A DNA stretch of 64,000 bases from positions 16,141 through 80,140 of the forward strand of contig REDM01000202.1 of assembly GCA_007693485.1 (NCBI GenBank), in the 5' to 3' direction. The notes under the pieces were generated by a model that was not told the origin of the DNA, made no database searches, and was given only the letters and a program-made list of their open reading frames with translations. Shown here in pieces: positions 9,259-17,088 of this stretch; position 1 is the first letter of the stretch, and each line of letters begins with the position of its first letter. The stretch comes from Spirochaetaceae bacterium. GTDB taxonomy: Bacteria; Spirochaetota; Spirochaetia; DSM-27196; PWMO01. A program made the position numbers and the translations under genes.

Positions 9259-10019
9259 AACCGCCACCGTCCGTGAGATTTCTCCAGATTCTCTGCGTCT
9301 TCGTCATGGGCTTCCAGGCGGTTGCCGGGTGTACAACTGCCTTCGCGCTCTCCGAACCACGCGAGGGCGTCAACGGCACCCCAACCGCCGCTCCGGCCAG
9401 CTCCAAACGTCCGGAGGCGCTGGAAGAGCGCCGTCAACGCGTGGTTGAAGCTGCCGGTTCGCTCGTTGGACGTGCGCGAATTGAAGTGGAAGGACAACGA
9501 TTTCCATGGGATTGCACAGGGGTTGTCCTCGCCGCCTATTCCATCGCGGGCATCGACCTGAGTGAAGAGTTTGCGAGCCGCGTTGGCAACGGAGTTGCGC
9601 GCCTCTACGAGATAGCCGTTGACCACAACGTCTTGAGCAACCGCGACGAACCGCAGCCGGGAGACTTACTCTTCTGGGATGATACCTTCGATCGAAGCCG
9701 CAACGGCCGCTGGGGCGACCAGCTCACCCACGTGGCGATTGTTGTTGGCGTTGATGAATACGGGACAATCTCGTTTGTACACCATAACTACCGCCGAGGC
9801 ATTGTCATCGAGACAATGAACCTGAGGCACCCCGACGTCCACATGGCAGAAACAGACAACGGATCAGCGGTGATGAACTCCCCGATGCGAATGCGTCGCG
9901 ACCGCCACATTCAACCCGAGTCGTGGCTTGCCAGTCACCTCTATCGGAACGCGGCCGAATTGTACCGCATCACCGAAGATCCCACCGATACAGTGATGGT
10001 GGTTACTGCGTCCGAGTGA
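9255..10019 (+). CDS. NlpC/P60 (C40) family cell-wall peptidase lipoprotein
   Basis: Signal peptide plus lipobox (AVAGC). Catalytic Cys context FPWDCTGVVLAAY, then THVAIVVG and FVHHN His residues. ATGA overlap with rlmE. Confidence 0.8.
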   Translation: MKPPPSVRFLQILCVFVMGFQAVAGCTTAFALSEPREGVNGTPTAAPASSKRPEALEERRQRVVEAAGSLVGRARIEVEGQRFPWDCTGVVLAAYSIAGIDLSEEFASRVGNGVARLYEIAVDHNVLSNRDEPQPGDLLFWDDTFDRSRNGRWGDQLTHVAIVVGVDEYGTISFVHHNYRRGIVIETMNLRHPDVHMAETDNGSAVMNSPMRMRRDRHIQPESWLASHLYRNAAELYRITEDPTDTVMVVTASE

Positions 10020-11040
10020 GCAGTCGGTTTGTGACGTCGACAATCGCGTCGCGCACCTCACCGGAGGGAAGGCGTCGCGCCGCCGAGAGCGCCCGCTGCG
10101 TGTACGCGGTTGCCCGAGCGCGGGCGTAATCGACCCCACCGGCGTCGGTGACGGCTGCGATGATCCGCTCCAGGTTCGCGTTGTCTGCAAGATCGGCAGC
10201 GAGCAGCGGGGCAAGATCGTTGGGTCGGAACCTCAATGCGGCGATAACCGGCAGCGTCAGTATCCCGTGGCGCAGATCGTTTGCGACCGGTTTCCCAATG
10301 GACCGCTCGCTGGACGTGAGATCCAGCAGATCGTCAGTGATCTGAAACCCGATTCCCACGTTGTACCCCACCCGACGCAGCGAGTCGAGCTGACGACCGT
10401 TGACGCCGTTCTCCACCGCTCCAACGTGAAAACTGATCAGAAAGAGCAGCGCGGTCTTCTCGGCAATCCGCCGGATGTAGGTGCGCTCGCTGAGGCGCGT
10501 AGGATCACTCGGCTGCGTTTGTGCGATCTCGCCGGCGCAGATATGCGCTACTCCCGCGGCGAGTCTGCGGGCGCTCTCCATTGTCGCGTAATCGGCAACC
10601 ATCGCAAAACAGCGACTGAACAGCAGATCTCCCACCAGGACCGCCGCCTTGCTGCCGATCTGCTGATGCAGGGCGGGCAGACCGCGGCGTGTTGTTGCAT
10701 CGTCCAGGATGTCGTCGTGAATCAGGGTCGCCATGTGCAGCATCTCTACCGCCGCAGCGATTTTCAGGATCTTGTCCGGGATATGCCCCGTCACCGTTCC
10801 GTTCACTGCAGGGAACCGTCCCTCGCGGACATACGCGGCCAGCAGAACGAAGGCCGGCCGAAGCATCTTCCCACCACGGCCTGCGTACTCCCGCACAATA
10901 CGAGAGAGCTCGCCATCTCCAGCGACTGCGTTATCGAGAACGATCTGATGGACCCTCTCGAGGTCCTTGCGGATTGCGGGGTAGTGCTCCCAGAACTGGT
11001 TCATGCGGCTTCGTTGGTTCTCCAGCGCGGCGCCCGACAA
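10003..11040 (-). CDS. Long-chain polyprenyl-diphosphate synthase (IspB/HepT-like)
   Basis: Both aspartate-rich motifs are present (LIHDDILDD and FQITDDLLD). Start could be 11040 or the MNQFWEHY codon at 11004. The 3' end overlaps the convergent NlpC/P60 gene by 17 nt. Confidence 0.88.
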   Translation of the reverse strand: MSGAALENQRSRMNQFWEHYPAIRKDLERVHQIVLDNAVAGDGELSRIVREYAGRGGKMLRPAFVLLAAYVREGRFPAVNGTVTGHIPDKILKIAAAVEMLHMATLIHDDILDDATTRRGLPALHQQIGSKAAVLVGDLLFSRCFAMVADYATMESARRLAAGVAHICAGEIAQTQPSDPTRLSERTYIRRIAEKTALLFLISFHVGAVENGVNGRQLDSLRRVGYNVGIGFQITDDLLDLTSSERSIGKPVANDLRHGILTLPVIAALRFRPNDLAPLLAADLADNANLERIIAAVTDAGGVDYARARATAYTQRALSAARRLPSGEVRDAIVDVTNRLLTRTQ

Positions 11041-11075
11041 TCGGACGCCGCGATGATTCGATCAGGTCGTGTGGA

Positions 11076-13025
11076 TCAGTTATTGATTCGGGGTTCCCCG
11101 GAATAGAGGTACGTCTTGTGCGCGATTGACCGGCGGCTCCACCAGTTCTTCGCCCACGGCATGACCCAGTGATCACCTCCAAATCCACGGCCTGCCCCAC
11201 CAAGCATCACGATAGCCGCCGACATGTACCACCAGAGCTCCACGTTTCCCCATCCTGCCACGATGAAGAAGACGCACATGACCAGCGAGGCCGCGGCTGC
11301 GAGGAAGGTGAAGGTACCGGTGATCAGCGCAATTCCGATGAATATCTGCGCGATCACTGCTCCGGCCTGCGCCGAGTACGCGATGATCGGGTGCATACTC
11401 AGGATCGTCTGAGCGAACCACTCGTAGATTGCGACCGGATCGGAAAGAATCGACTGCTGCCAGTAGCCGGTTTTCCCCATACCGCCCGGCGTCGCGCTGG
11501 TCGCTGCGCTGATTTCGTCGGTCAGCCCCGGCAGAAAAATGTTGTTGGGTGACGGACGAAAGATTCCGTCTGGCCCCGGATTGAGCCAACCGGTGGACAC
11601 CTTGTACTGTCCCTCGGTGAGCCACTTGAATCCAAGCCAGATGCGCAACGGAACCGCCCAGTAGGTGGGAACCTTTGCCGAGAGGTGCGCGCCCACGAGC
11701 GAACGGCCGTCCTTGACCTGGAAGAACTGCTCCTGCAGGTAGGTCCAGACCGCGTTCACTCCCGCGACGCCAAACAGGTAGTGCAGGTTGATCAGGTGCT
11801 TCATCGCCAGGGCCATGAAGCCGGACATCGCGATGTTCATCACGTAGGCAACGCCGTACTTGCTTCCCAGCGATACCATCTGGCCGTGGTAGGCGGGCTT
11901 GAAGGGCTTGCGCTCCTTCTTCTCCAGCTCACGGACGATGTTTTCGGCGGCGGTTTCGGCAGACTGAATCGCCGTCTCCACGATCTGCGGTGCCGCCTTG
12001 TCGTTGATGGTGTGAAACATCACGTCACCAACCAGATAGACGTTGGGAACGTCGACCGACTGCATGAACTCGTTGACCTGGATTCGTCCGCGCTCGCCGA
12101 CGATGTACCGCTCGTCCTCGTCGAAGTGACAGCCCTTCATGCCGTGCACGCCTTCGACGCTGGCCTCGGTCGAGGTTCCCCGGGAGCAGTTCCCCTTGGT
12201 CAGCTCGACCTTGGAAGTGAACTCGGAACCGGTGACACCGGCGGTCCAGATGAAGGTTTCGGTCTCGATCACCTGATCGTTGGCGACGATCACCTTGCCG
12301 GGCTCTGCGCTGGTAATGGGTGCGTTGAGCATGAGGTCGGTGCCCCGCTTCTGGAGGAAGCGCGCCGATTTTTCGCGAAGCTGCTTGGGAAGGCTGGGAA
12401 GGATATCGTCCATCATCTCGATCAGCACCACGCGCACTTCGCGTTCATTGATGTGGTACTTCGGACAGAGTACGTCTTTGCGTTCGAGCAATTCGCCACA
12501 GATTTCTACACCCGTGAAGCTACCGCCGGCCACCGCGAAGGTCAGCAGTCTGCGCCGACGCTCGGGGCTCGGCTCTTTGGCCGCTGCGCGGAACATCTCT
12601 TCGACGTGGGTGCGAATCCGGATTGCGTCTTCGAGCGACCAGCAGGTGAAGCAGTTTTGCTGCACACCGGGGATGTCGAAGAACTCGGGCTCGGCACCGG
12701 CGCCGATGATGAGATAGTCGTAGGGATAGGTGGACGATTGAGACACCAGCCTGTTATTCTCGAACTCGACCGATTTGATTTCGTCGCAGACAACGCGAAC
12801 TTTGGTCCCGCTGAAAATCTTCTTGAAACTGACCTGGACCGCCTCAGGTTCCGTGCGGGAACCGGCGACCTCATGCAGCTCGGTCATCAGGGTATGGTAG
12901 GGGTTGCGATCGATGAGGGTAATCTCGACGTTTTCCTTGCGTTTGAACCGCTTGTTCAGCCGCTTTGCTGCCTCCACGCCGGCGTACCCGCCGCCCATGA
13001 TGGCGATGCGAACCTTGTCTTGCAT
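11076..13025 (-). CDS. ndh: Type II NADH:quinone oxidoreductase (NDH-2) fused to a C-terminal DoxD/DoxX-like polytopic membrane domain
   Basis: Two dinucleotide-binding motifs (IAIMGGGYAGVEAA; AVAGGSFTGVEICGEL), then ~230 aa of hydrophobic DoxX-like sequence (WAVPLRIWLGFKWLTEG...IFIGIALITGTFTFLAAAASL). Start moved to ATG 13025 (MQDKVRIAIMGGG), which has GGAGGA 6 nt upstream. Confidence 0.85.
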   Translation of the reverse strand: MQDKVRIAIMGGGYAGVEAAKRLNKRFKRKENVEITLIDRNPYHTLMTELHEVAGSRTEPEAVQVSFKKIFSGTKVRVVCDEIKSVEFENNRLVSQSSTYPYDYLIIGAGAEPEFFDIPGVQQNCFTCWSLEDAIRIRTHVEEMFRAAAKEPSPERRRRLLTFAVAGGSFTGVEICGELLERKDVLCPKYHINEREVRVVLIEMMDDILPSLPKQLREKSARFLQKRGTDLMLNAPITSAEPGKVIVANDQVIETETFIWTAGVTGSEFTSKVELTKGNCSRGTSTEASVEGVHGMKGCHFDEDERYIVGERGRIQVNEFMQSVDVPNVYLVGDVMFHTINDKAAPQIVETAIQSAETAAENIVRELEKKERKPFKPAYHGQMVSLGSKYGVAYVMNIAMSGFMALAMKHLINLHYLFGVAGVNAVWTYLQEQFFQVKDGRSLVGAHLSAKVPTYWAVPLRIWLGFKWLTEGQYKVSTGWLNPGPDGIFRPSPNNIFLPGLTDEISAATSATPGGMGKTGYWQQSILSDPVAIYEWFAQTILSMHPIIAYSAQAGAVIAQIFIGIALITGTFTFLAAAASLVMCVFFIVAGWGNVELWWYMSAAIVMLGGAGRGFGGDHWVMPWAKNWWSRRSIAHKTYLYSGEPRINN

Positions 13026-13092
13026 AGTTGCTCCTCCCGTGAACCGGGTAACCGACGGCACTGCCGTCCGCCTCCTTCCCGCGTGGACATCC

Positions 13093-13115
13093 TACCGAAT
13101 CGTGGTGAATCGGTA
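13093..13115. promoter_or_regulatory. Inverted repeat in the ndh leader (candidate operator)
   Basis: TACCGAATC-GTGGT-GAATCGGTA: 9-nt arms with one mismatch, 68-90 nt upstream of the ndh start. The half-site resembles the TTACCGAA/TTCGGTAA pair bracketing the tetR operators. Confidence 0.25.
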
Positions 13116-13247
13116 AAGCGGTCATTCCGATGCCGCTCATTTCTTGAGTATCCGGAACGTGTGCGGAAAGAATTATCGATATAAGACTACCGCATATGTC
13201 GGGTTTCTGTCAATCATGAGCTTTCGGCGGGAACGTTCCGCACCACT

Positions 13248-13606
13248 TCAGAAGGTCTGCACATCGATGAACCCGTCGGCGGGGCCTTCCACCCGGATGA
13301 ACACCCGGTTGGGAAGGCAGGCAATCCACTCGCCGGACATCGTGGCCCTCCCAGCTGCGATACAGATCTTGTCACGGCAGGGCGAGTCCAGCACCTCAAC
13401 GCCATCGGCGGTAATCAGAATCTCGGTATCGCCGAGCGGCCCGGTGACGGTGACGTTCCGGCGCCCTTCCATGGGATAGAGGAAGGTTCCCTCTTCGGAC
13501 TGGATTCGTACCGTCGCGCCTTCTTCACCGCCGCGATAGGCGTAGATCGAGAACGCCGCAACAACGGCAACGGCAACCAGCAGGGAGACGTAATCAAACG
13601 GCTTCA
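13248..13606 (-). CDS. NusG domain II-like (DUF1312) small membrane-anchored protein
   Basis: The C-terminal part of the 220-aa track ORF reads LKPFDYVSLLVAVAVVAAFSIYAY...CRDKICIAAG...EWIACLPNRVFIRVEG, i.e. a TM anchor plus the Cys-pair beta domain typical of DUF1312. Probable TTG start at 13606, overlapping the GGDEF-EAL stop by 13 nt. Confidence 0.6.
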
Positions 13607-16032
13607 AGCACCCGTCCGTTGAGCAGGGCAGCGACGTCGACGGTCGGCAGACTTCGGTGGAAGTGGAACCCCTGGAAGGCGTAACATCCGGTATCCACAA
13701 AGAACTCGCGCTGTGCCGGCGTCTCGACGCCCTCAGCGATGATCTGCATGCCCAGCGAATGCCCCAGATTGATAATCGCCTGGACAATCTTCTCGTTGTT
13801 CGAGGAAAAAAGATCGCTGACAAACGAGCTGTCGATCTTGATGATGTCGGCGGGAAGGCGTGAAAGATAGCTGAGTGACGAGTAGCCGGTGCCGAAGTCA
13901 TCGATTGCAATCCGCAGCCCGGGGTTGCGTTCCTTCAGTGTTTCGAGGGTTGCGATCGACCGCTCCGGCGCACTCATGACACAGGTCTCGGTCACCTCCA
14001 GCACGACGCGAGCGGGATCGATTCCCGTACGCGAGATCACTCCCTGGAGGCTTTCGGTCAAATCGGCACGATCAAACTGACGGGGAGAGAGGTTCACCGC
14101 GATGAAGGGAGGAGCGTTTCCGGCGTCGGGCCACGAAACCGCGTCGCGAAACGCCGTCTCAATCGCCCAACTCCCCAACGGTACGATCATCCCCGTTTCC
14201 TCGGCAATGGGAATGAACCGTGTTGGAGGAACCTCACCGTGGGTGGGGTGGTTCCAGCGCAGCAGCGCCTCCAGCCCGATAACCGCTCCGGCCGCGTCGA
14301 CCAGGGGCTGGTAGTGCATGCGAAACTCCTGCCGCTCGAGCGAGGTGCGGATTCCCTGCTCGAGTTGCCACCGCTCATTGGCACGCTGATCCATACCACG
14401 ATCGTAGAAGGCAAACCGGTTCTTGCCGCCCTCCTTCGCCGAGTACATCGCCAGGTCGGCGGCCTTCGTAGCCGGCGCAATCGAGCTTCCGTCCTCGGGG
14501 ATCACGGCGATCCCGATGCTGACCCCAACGCTCACGGTGGTTGCCGACCCATTCCCCGCACCGCTCAACGAATACGGCCGGCGTATCTCGCCCAGGATGT
14601 TGTTGGCAACAACGGAGGCTCCCCGGCGATCGTGAATGAACGACAGCAGGACAACAAACTCGTCTCCCCCAAAGCGATAGACCGAGTCGGACTCACGAAG
14701 CGTTTTTCGCAGCCGGCCGGCCGTCTGCACGAGCAGCTCGTCTCCCGCGTCGTGTCCGATGGTGTCGTTCACCTGCTTGAACCCATCGAGGTCGAGAAAC
14801 ATCAGCGCCGCCTGCCCGTTCTTGAAAATATCCGGGGTCTCGAACAGCCGGCGCATATCCACTTCAAAAAGATCACGATTCCCCAGCCCGGTAAGCTGGT
14901 CGTGGTAGGCGAGGTGGCGCAGCCGGCGCTCGGCGTTCTTGCGCTGCGTGATGTCTCGCATGATGCAGGTCAGCGTTCTCCCCTTGATGTCTTTTGAGTT
15001 GCCGAACGACATCTCCATGGGAGCGATACCCCGGTTCTTGTGCCGCCCCAGGATCTCGACGGTGTTGCGCATACCGAGACGGCGGCGATCCTGGTCGTCC
15101 ACCACAAAGTACTTGCGAAAGTCCTGCTCGCTGCGCTCGTACACGGACTCAGGAAAGAGCACCGAAAACGGACGACCGCGCAACTCGCTTGGTTCGAACC
15201 CGAAGGTCGCCTTGACCGCCGAGTTCGCAAAGACAATTTCCATCGCTTCGTTGATGCGCAGAATCGCCTCGGTGATGGTTTCGGAGAGCGCGTCGTAGTT
15301 CTCCCGGCTTTCGCGCAGCGCCTCGAGCAGATCGTGATGAATGGAGAGATCGCGCATGACCACGGCCATGTCGGCGTGGTGCTCAAACACAGGGGTATCG
15401 CCGGCGGCAAGGCCCACGGCAACAACGACCGCCTCTACCGAGAAGTGCGATCCGTCCGCGCGCTGAAGACGCAGGGCGACAATGTCGTCGATCTGCTTCG
15501 GTTGCCCCTCGACCGCCTCACTCAGGGCACGGGACATCGCGGTGGCAAGGTTCCCACGGTACCGCTCGTCGACCAAGTCAACGATTTCACGGCCAATCAC
15601 CGCAGCTTTTTCACACCCGCACCGGTACGCGTACGCAGCATTGATATCGACCACCCGCCCGGCGGTATCGATAAAGCAGACGAGGTCTTCACACTCCCGA
15701 GAGAGCTCTGCAAATCGACTCAGCGAAAGATACTCGTCGGAGAGACCGCGATACCCTTGAATGATCCACTCGAGCACCGTCTCAAAAAGTGAGGCTCCGA
15801 TAGAAGGTGGGGGGCGCACCGATGCAGCCGGTTCGCTGGGGAGTTGCTCCGGCTCGCGAGAGGGAGGCTCCGCTGCACTGGTGGTGCTGCGCGAACCGGT
15901 GCCCCGATGATTACCGTCGATCTCTTCGGCCCCATCACGCCGGTGCGATACCGCGTGAACCATCGCGTCGATGCGGGTCTCAAGTCGCGCGATCTTATGG
16001 TCAATGCTCGAATCACCGGCGTGCGTTGCCAT
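13594..16032 (-). CDS. PAS-PAS-GGDEF-EAL cyclic-di-GMP turnover protein
   Basis: Two PAS-like regions. Intact GGDEF (YRFGGDEFVVLL) preceded by HLAYHDQLTGLGNR. Intact EAL domain (YQPLV...EALLRW, DDFGTGYSSL). The track ORF extends to ATG 16194, but those 54 codons have low GC3 and rare codons, so I prefer ATG 16032 (MATHAGD). Start is uncertain. Confidence 0.88.
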   Translation of the reverse strand: MATHAGDSSIDHKIARLETRIDAMVHAVSHRRDGAEEIDGNHRGTGSRSTTSAAEPPSREPEQLPSEPAASVRPPPSIGASLFETVLEWIIQGYRGLSDEYLSLSRFAELSRECEDLVCFIDTAGRVVDINAAYAYRCGCEKAAVIGREIVDLVDERYRGNLATAMSRALSEAVEGQPKQIDDIVALRLQRADGSHFSVEAVVVAVGLAAGDTPVFEHHADMAVVMRDLSIHHDLLEALRESRENYDALSETITEAILRINEAMEIVFANSAVKATFGFEPSELRGRPFSVLFPESVYERSEQDFRKYFVVDDQDRRRLGMRNTVEILGRHKNRGIAPMEMSFGNSKDIKGRTLTCIMRDITQRKNAERRLRHLAYHDQLTGLGNRDLFEVDMRRLFETPDIFKNGQAALMFLDLDGFKQVNDTIGHDAGDELLVQTAGRLRKTLRESDSVYRFGGDEFVVLLSFIHDRRGASVVANNILGEIRRPYSLSGAGNGSATTVSVGVSIGIAVIPEDGSSIAPATKAADLAMYSAKEGGKNRFAFYDRGMDQRANERWQLEQGIRTSLERQEFRMHYQPLVDAAGAVIGLEALLRWNHPTHGEVPPTRFIPIAEETGMIVPLGSWAIETAFRDAVSWPDAGNAPPFIAVNLSPRQFDRADLTESLQGVISRTGIDPARVVLEVTETCVMSAPERSIATLETLKERNPGLRIAIDDFGTGYSSLSYLSRLPADIIKIDSSFVSDLFSSNNEKIVQAIINLGHSLGMQIIAEGVETPAQREFFVDTGCYAFQGFHFHRSLPTVDVAALLNGRVLEAV

Positions 16033-16177
16033 CGTGATTTCAAATATAAATGAGATTGGCTGTATACGCAACGTCAGCACCGCCAACCAGGCGGCACCGC
16101 CGCAGCCGTCACTGCCGGGCCGTGATGCACAGAGATTAATTGCATGCAACTTTTTGGTTTCCCGATTCCGGAAATCG

Positions 16178-16186
16178 TGGTACAAT
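16178..16186 (+). promoter_or_regulatory. Candidate extended -10 promoter element for nfnA
   Basis: TGgTACAAT (TG at 16178-79, TACAAT at 16181-86), 42 nt upstream of the nfnA GTG. AAAGGAA ribosome-binding site at 16211-17. Confidence 0.3.
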
Positions 16187-16227
16187 TTCGACATCCTCGC
16201 ATACCCATCACAAAGGAATAGTCGGTC

Positions 16228-17088
16228 GTGAACCAGATTCTAGCCAGAGAACAGCTATCCGAGCAGGTCTACCGGATCCGGGTTGCCGCACCCCTCATCG
16301 CAGAGGCGCGCCGGCCGGGGCAGTTTGTCATTGTGCAGCTGGACACCAACTTCGGCGAGCGCATCCCGCTCACCATAGCCGACGCCAACCCCAATGAGGG
16401 CTCCATCACGCTGATCTTCCAGGCCGTGGGGCATACCACGCAGCGGCTCGCCGCCCTCGAAGTGGGCGACTCCATCGAGAACCTGCTGGGGCCGCTGGGC
16501 CAGCCGACCCACATCGAGCGCGTTGGACACGTCGTTGCGGTCGGTGGGGGAATCGGCGCAGCCCCGCTCTACCCCATTGTGGAGGCGATGAAGGCTGCGG
16601 GTAACCGCCTCACGGTGATTGTCGGCGCGCGCACCGCCGACCTGGTGATCCTTGAGGACGAAATGCGCGCGGTGGCCGATGAGCTGATCATCTGCACCGA
16701 CGACGGGTCGCGCGGTGAAAAGGCGCTGGTAACCGAGCCGCTGAAGCGGCTCTGCGAGGCTGATCCGCCGCCCGACCTGGCGGTGGCGATCGGTCCGCCG
16801 GTCATGATGAAGTTCTGCGCCGAGACCACTCGCCCCTTCGGCGTGCACACCGTGGTGTCGCTCAACACCATCATGGTGGACGGTACCGGAATGTGCGGCG
16901 GCTGCCGCGTGACGGTGGGCAGCGATACGAAGTTTGTCTGCGTGGACGGGCCCGAATTCGATGGCCATCTGGTAGACTTTGACAATATGCTGAAGCGGCT
17001 TGGCGCGTACCGGAAGCAGGAGCAACAGGCACAGGAACAGAGACCCCGCACAAAGGAACAGTGCCGCATCCCGGAGGTACGATCGTGA
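16228..17088 (+). CDS. nfnA: NADH-dependent ferredoxin:NADP+ oxidoreductase small subunit (NfnA/SudB-type, FAD + 2Fe-2S)
   Basis: 286 aa with a GTG start. Ferredoxin-reductase-type FAD/NAD fold (GQFVIVQL, AVGGGIGAAPL) and the C-terminal 2Fe-2S motif GTGMCGGCRV...FVCVDGPEF. Confidence 0.85.
   Translation: MNQILAREQLSEQVYRIRVAAPLIAEARRPGQFVIVQLDTNFGERIPLTIADANPNEGSITLIFQAVGHTTQRLAALEVGDSIENLLGPLGQPTHIERVGHVVAVGGGIGAAPLYPIVEAMKAAGNRLTVIVGARTADLVILEDEMRAVADELIICTDDGSRGEKALVTEPLKRLCEADPPPDLAVAIGPPVMMKFCAETTRPFGVHTVVSLNTIMVDGTGMCGGCRVTVGSDTKFVCVDGPEFDGHLVDFDNMLKRLGAYRKQEQQAQEQRPRTKEQCRIPEVRS

Noticed and set aside
13229-13238. Perfect palindrome GGAACGTTCC just downstream of the DUF1312-like gene, considered as a terminator or a GAAC/GTTC SOS box.
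   Set aside because: It has no loop and no U-tract, so it is not a rho-independent terminator. It lacks the N4 spacer of the GAAC-N4-GTTC LexA box. A 10-bp palindrome alone is weak evidence.
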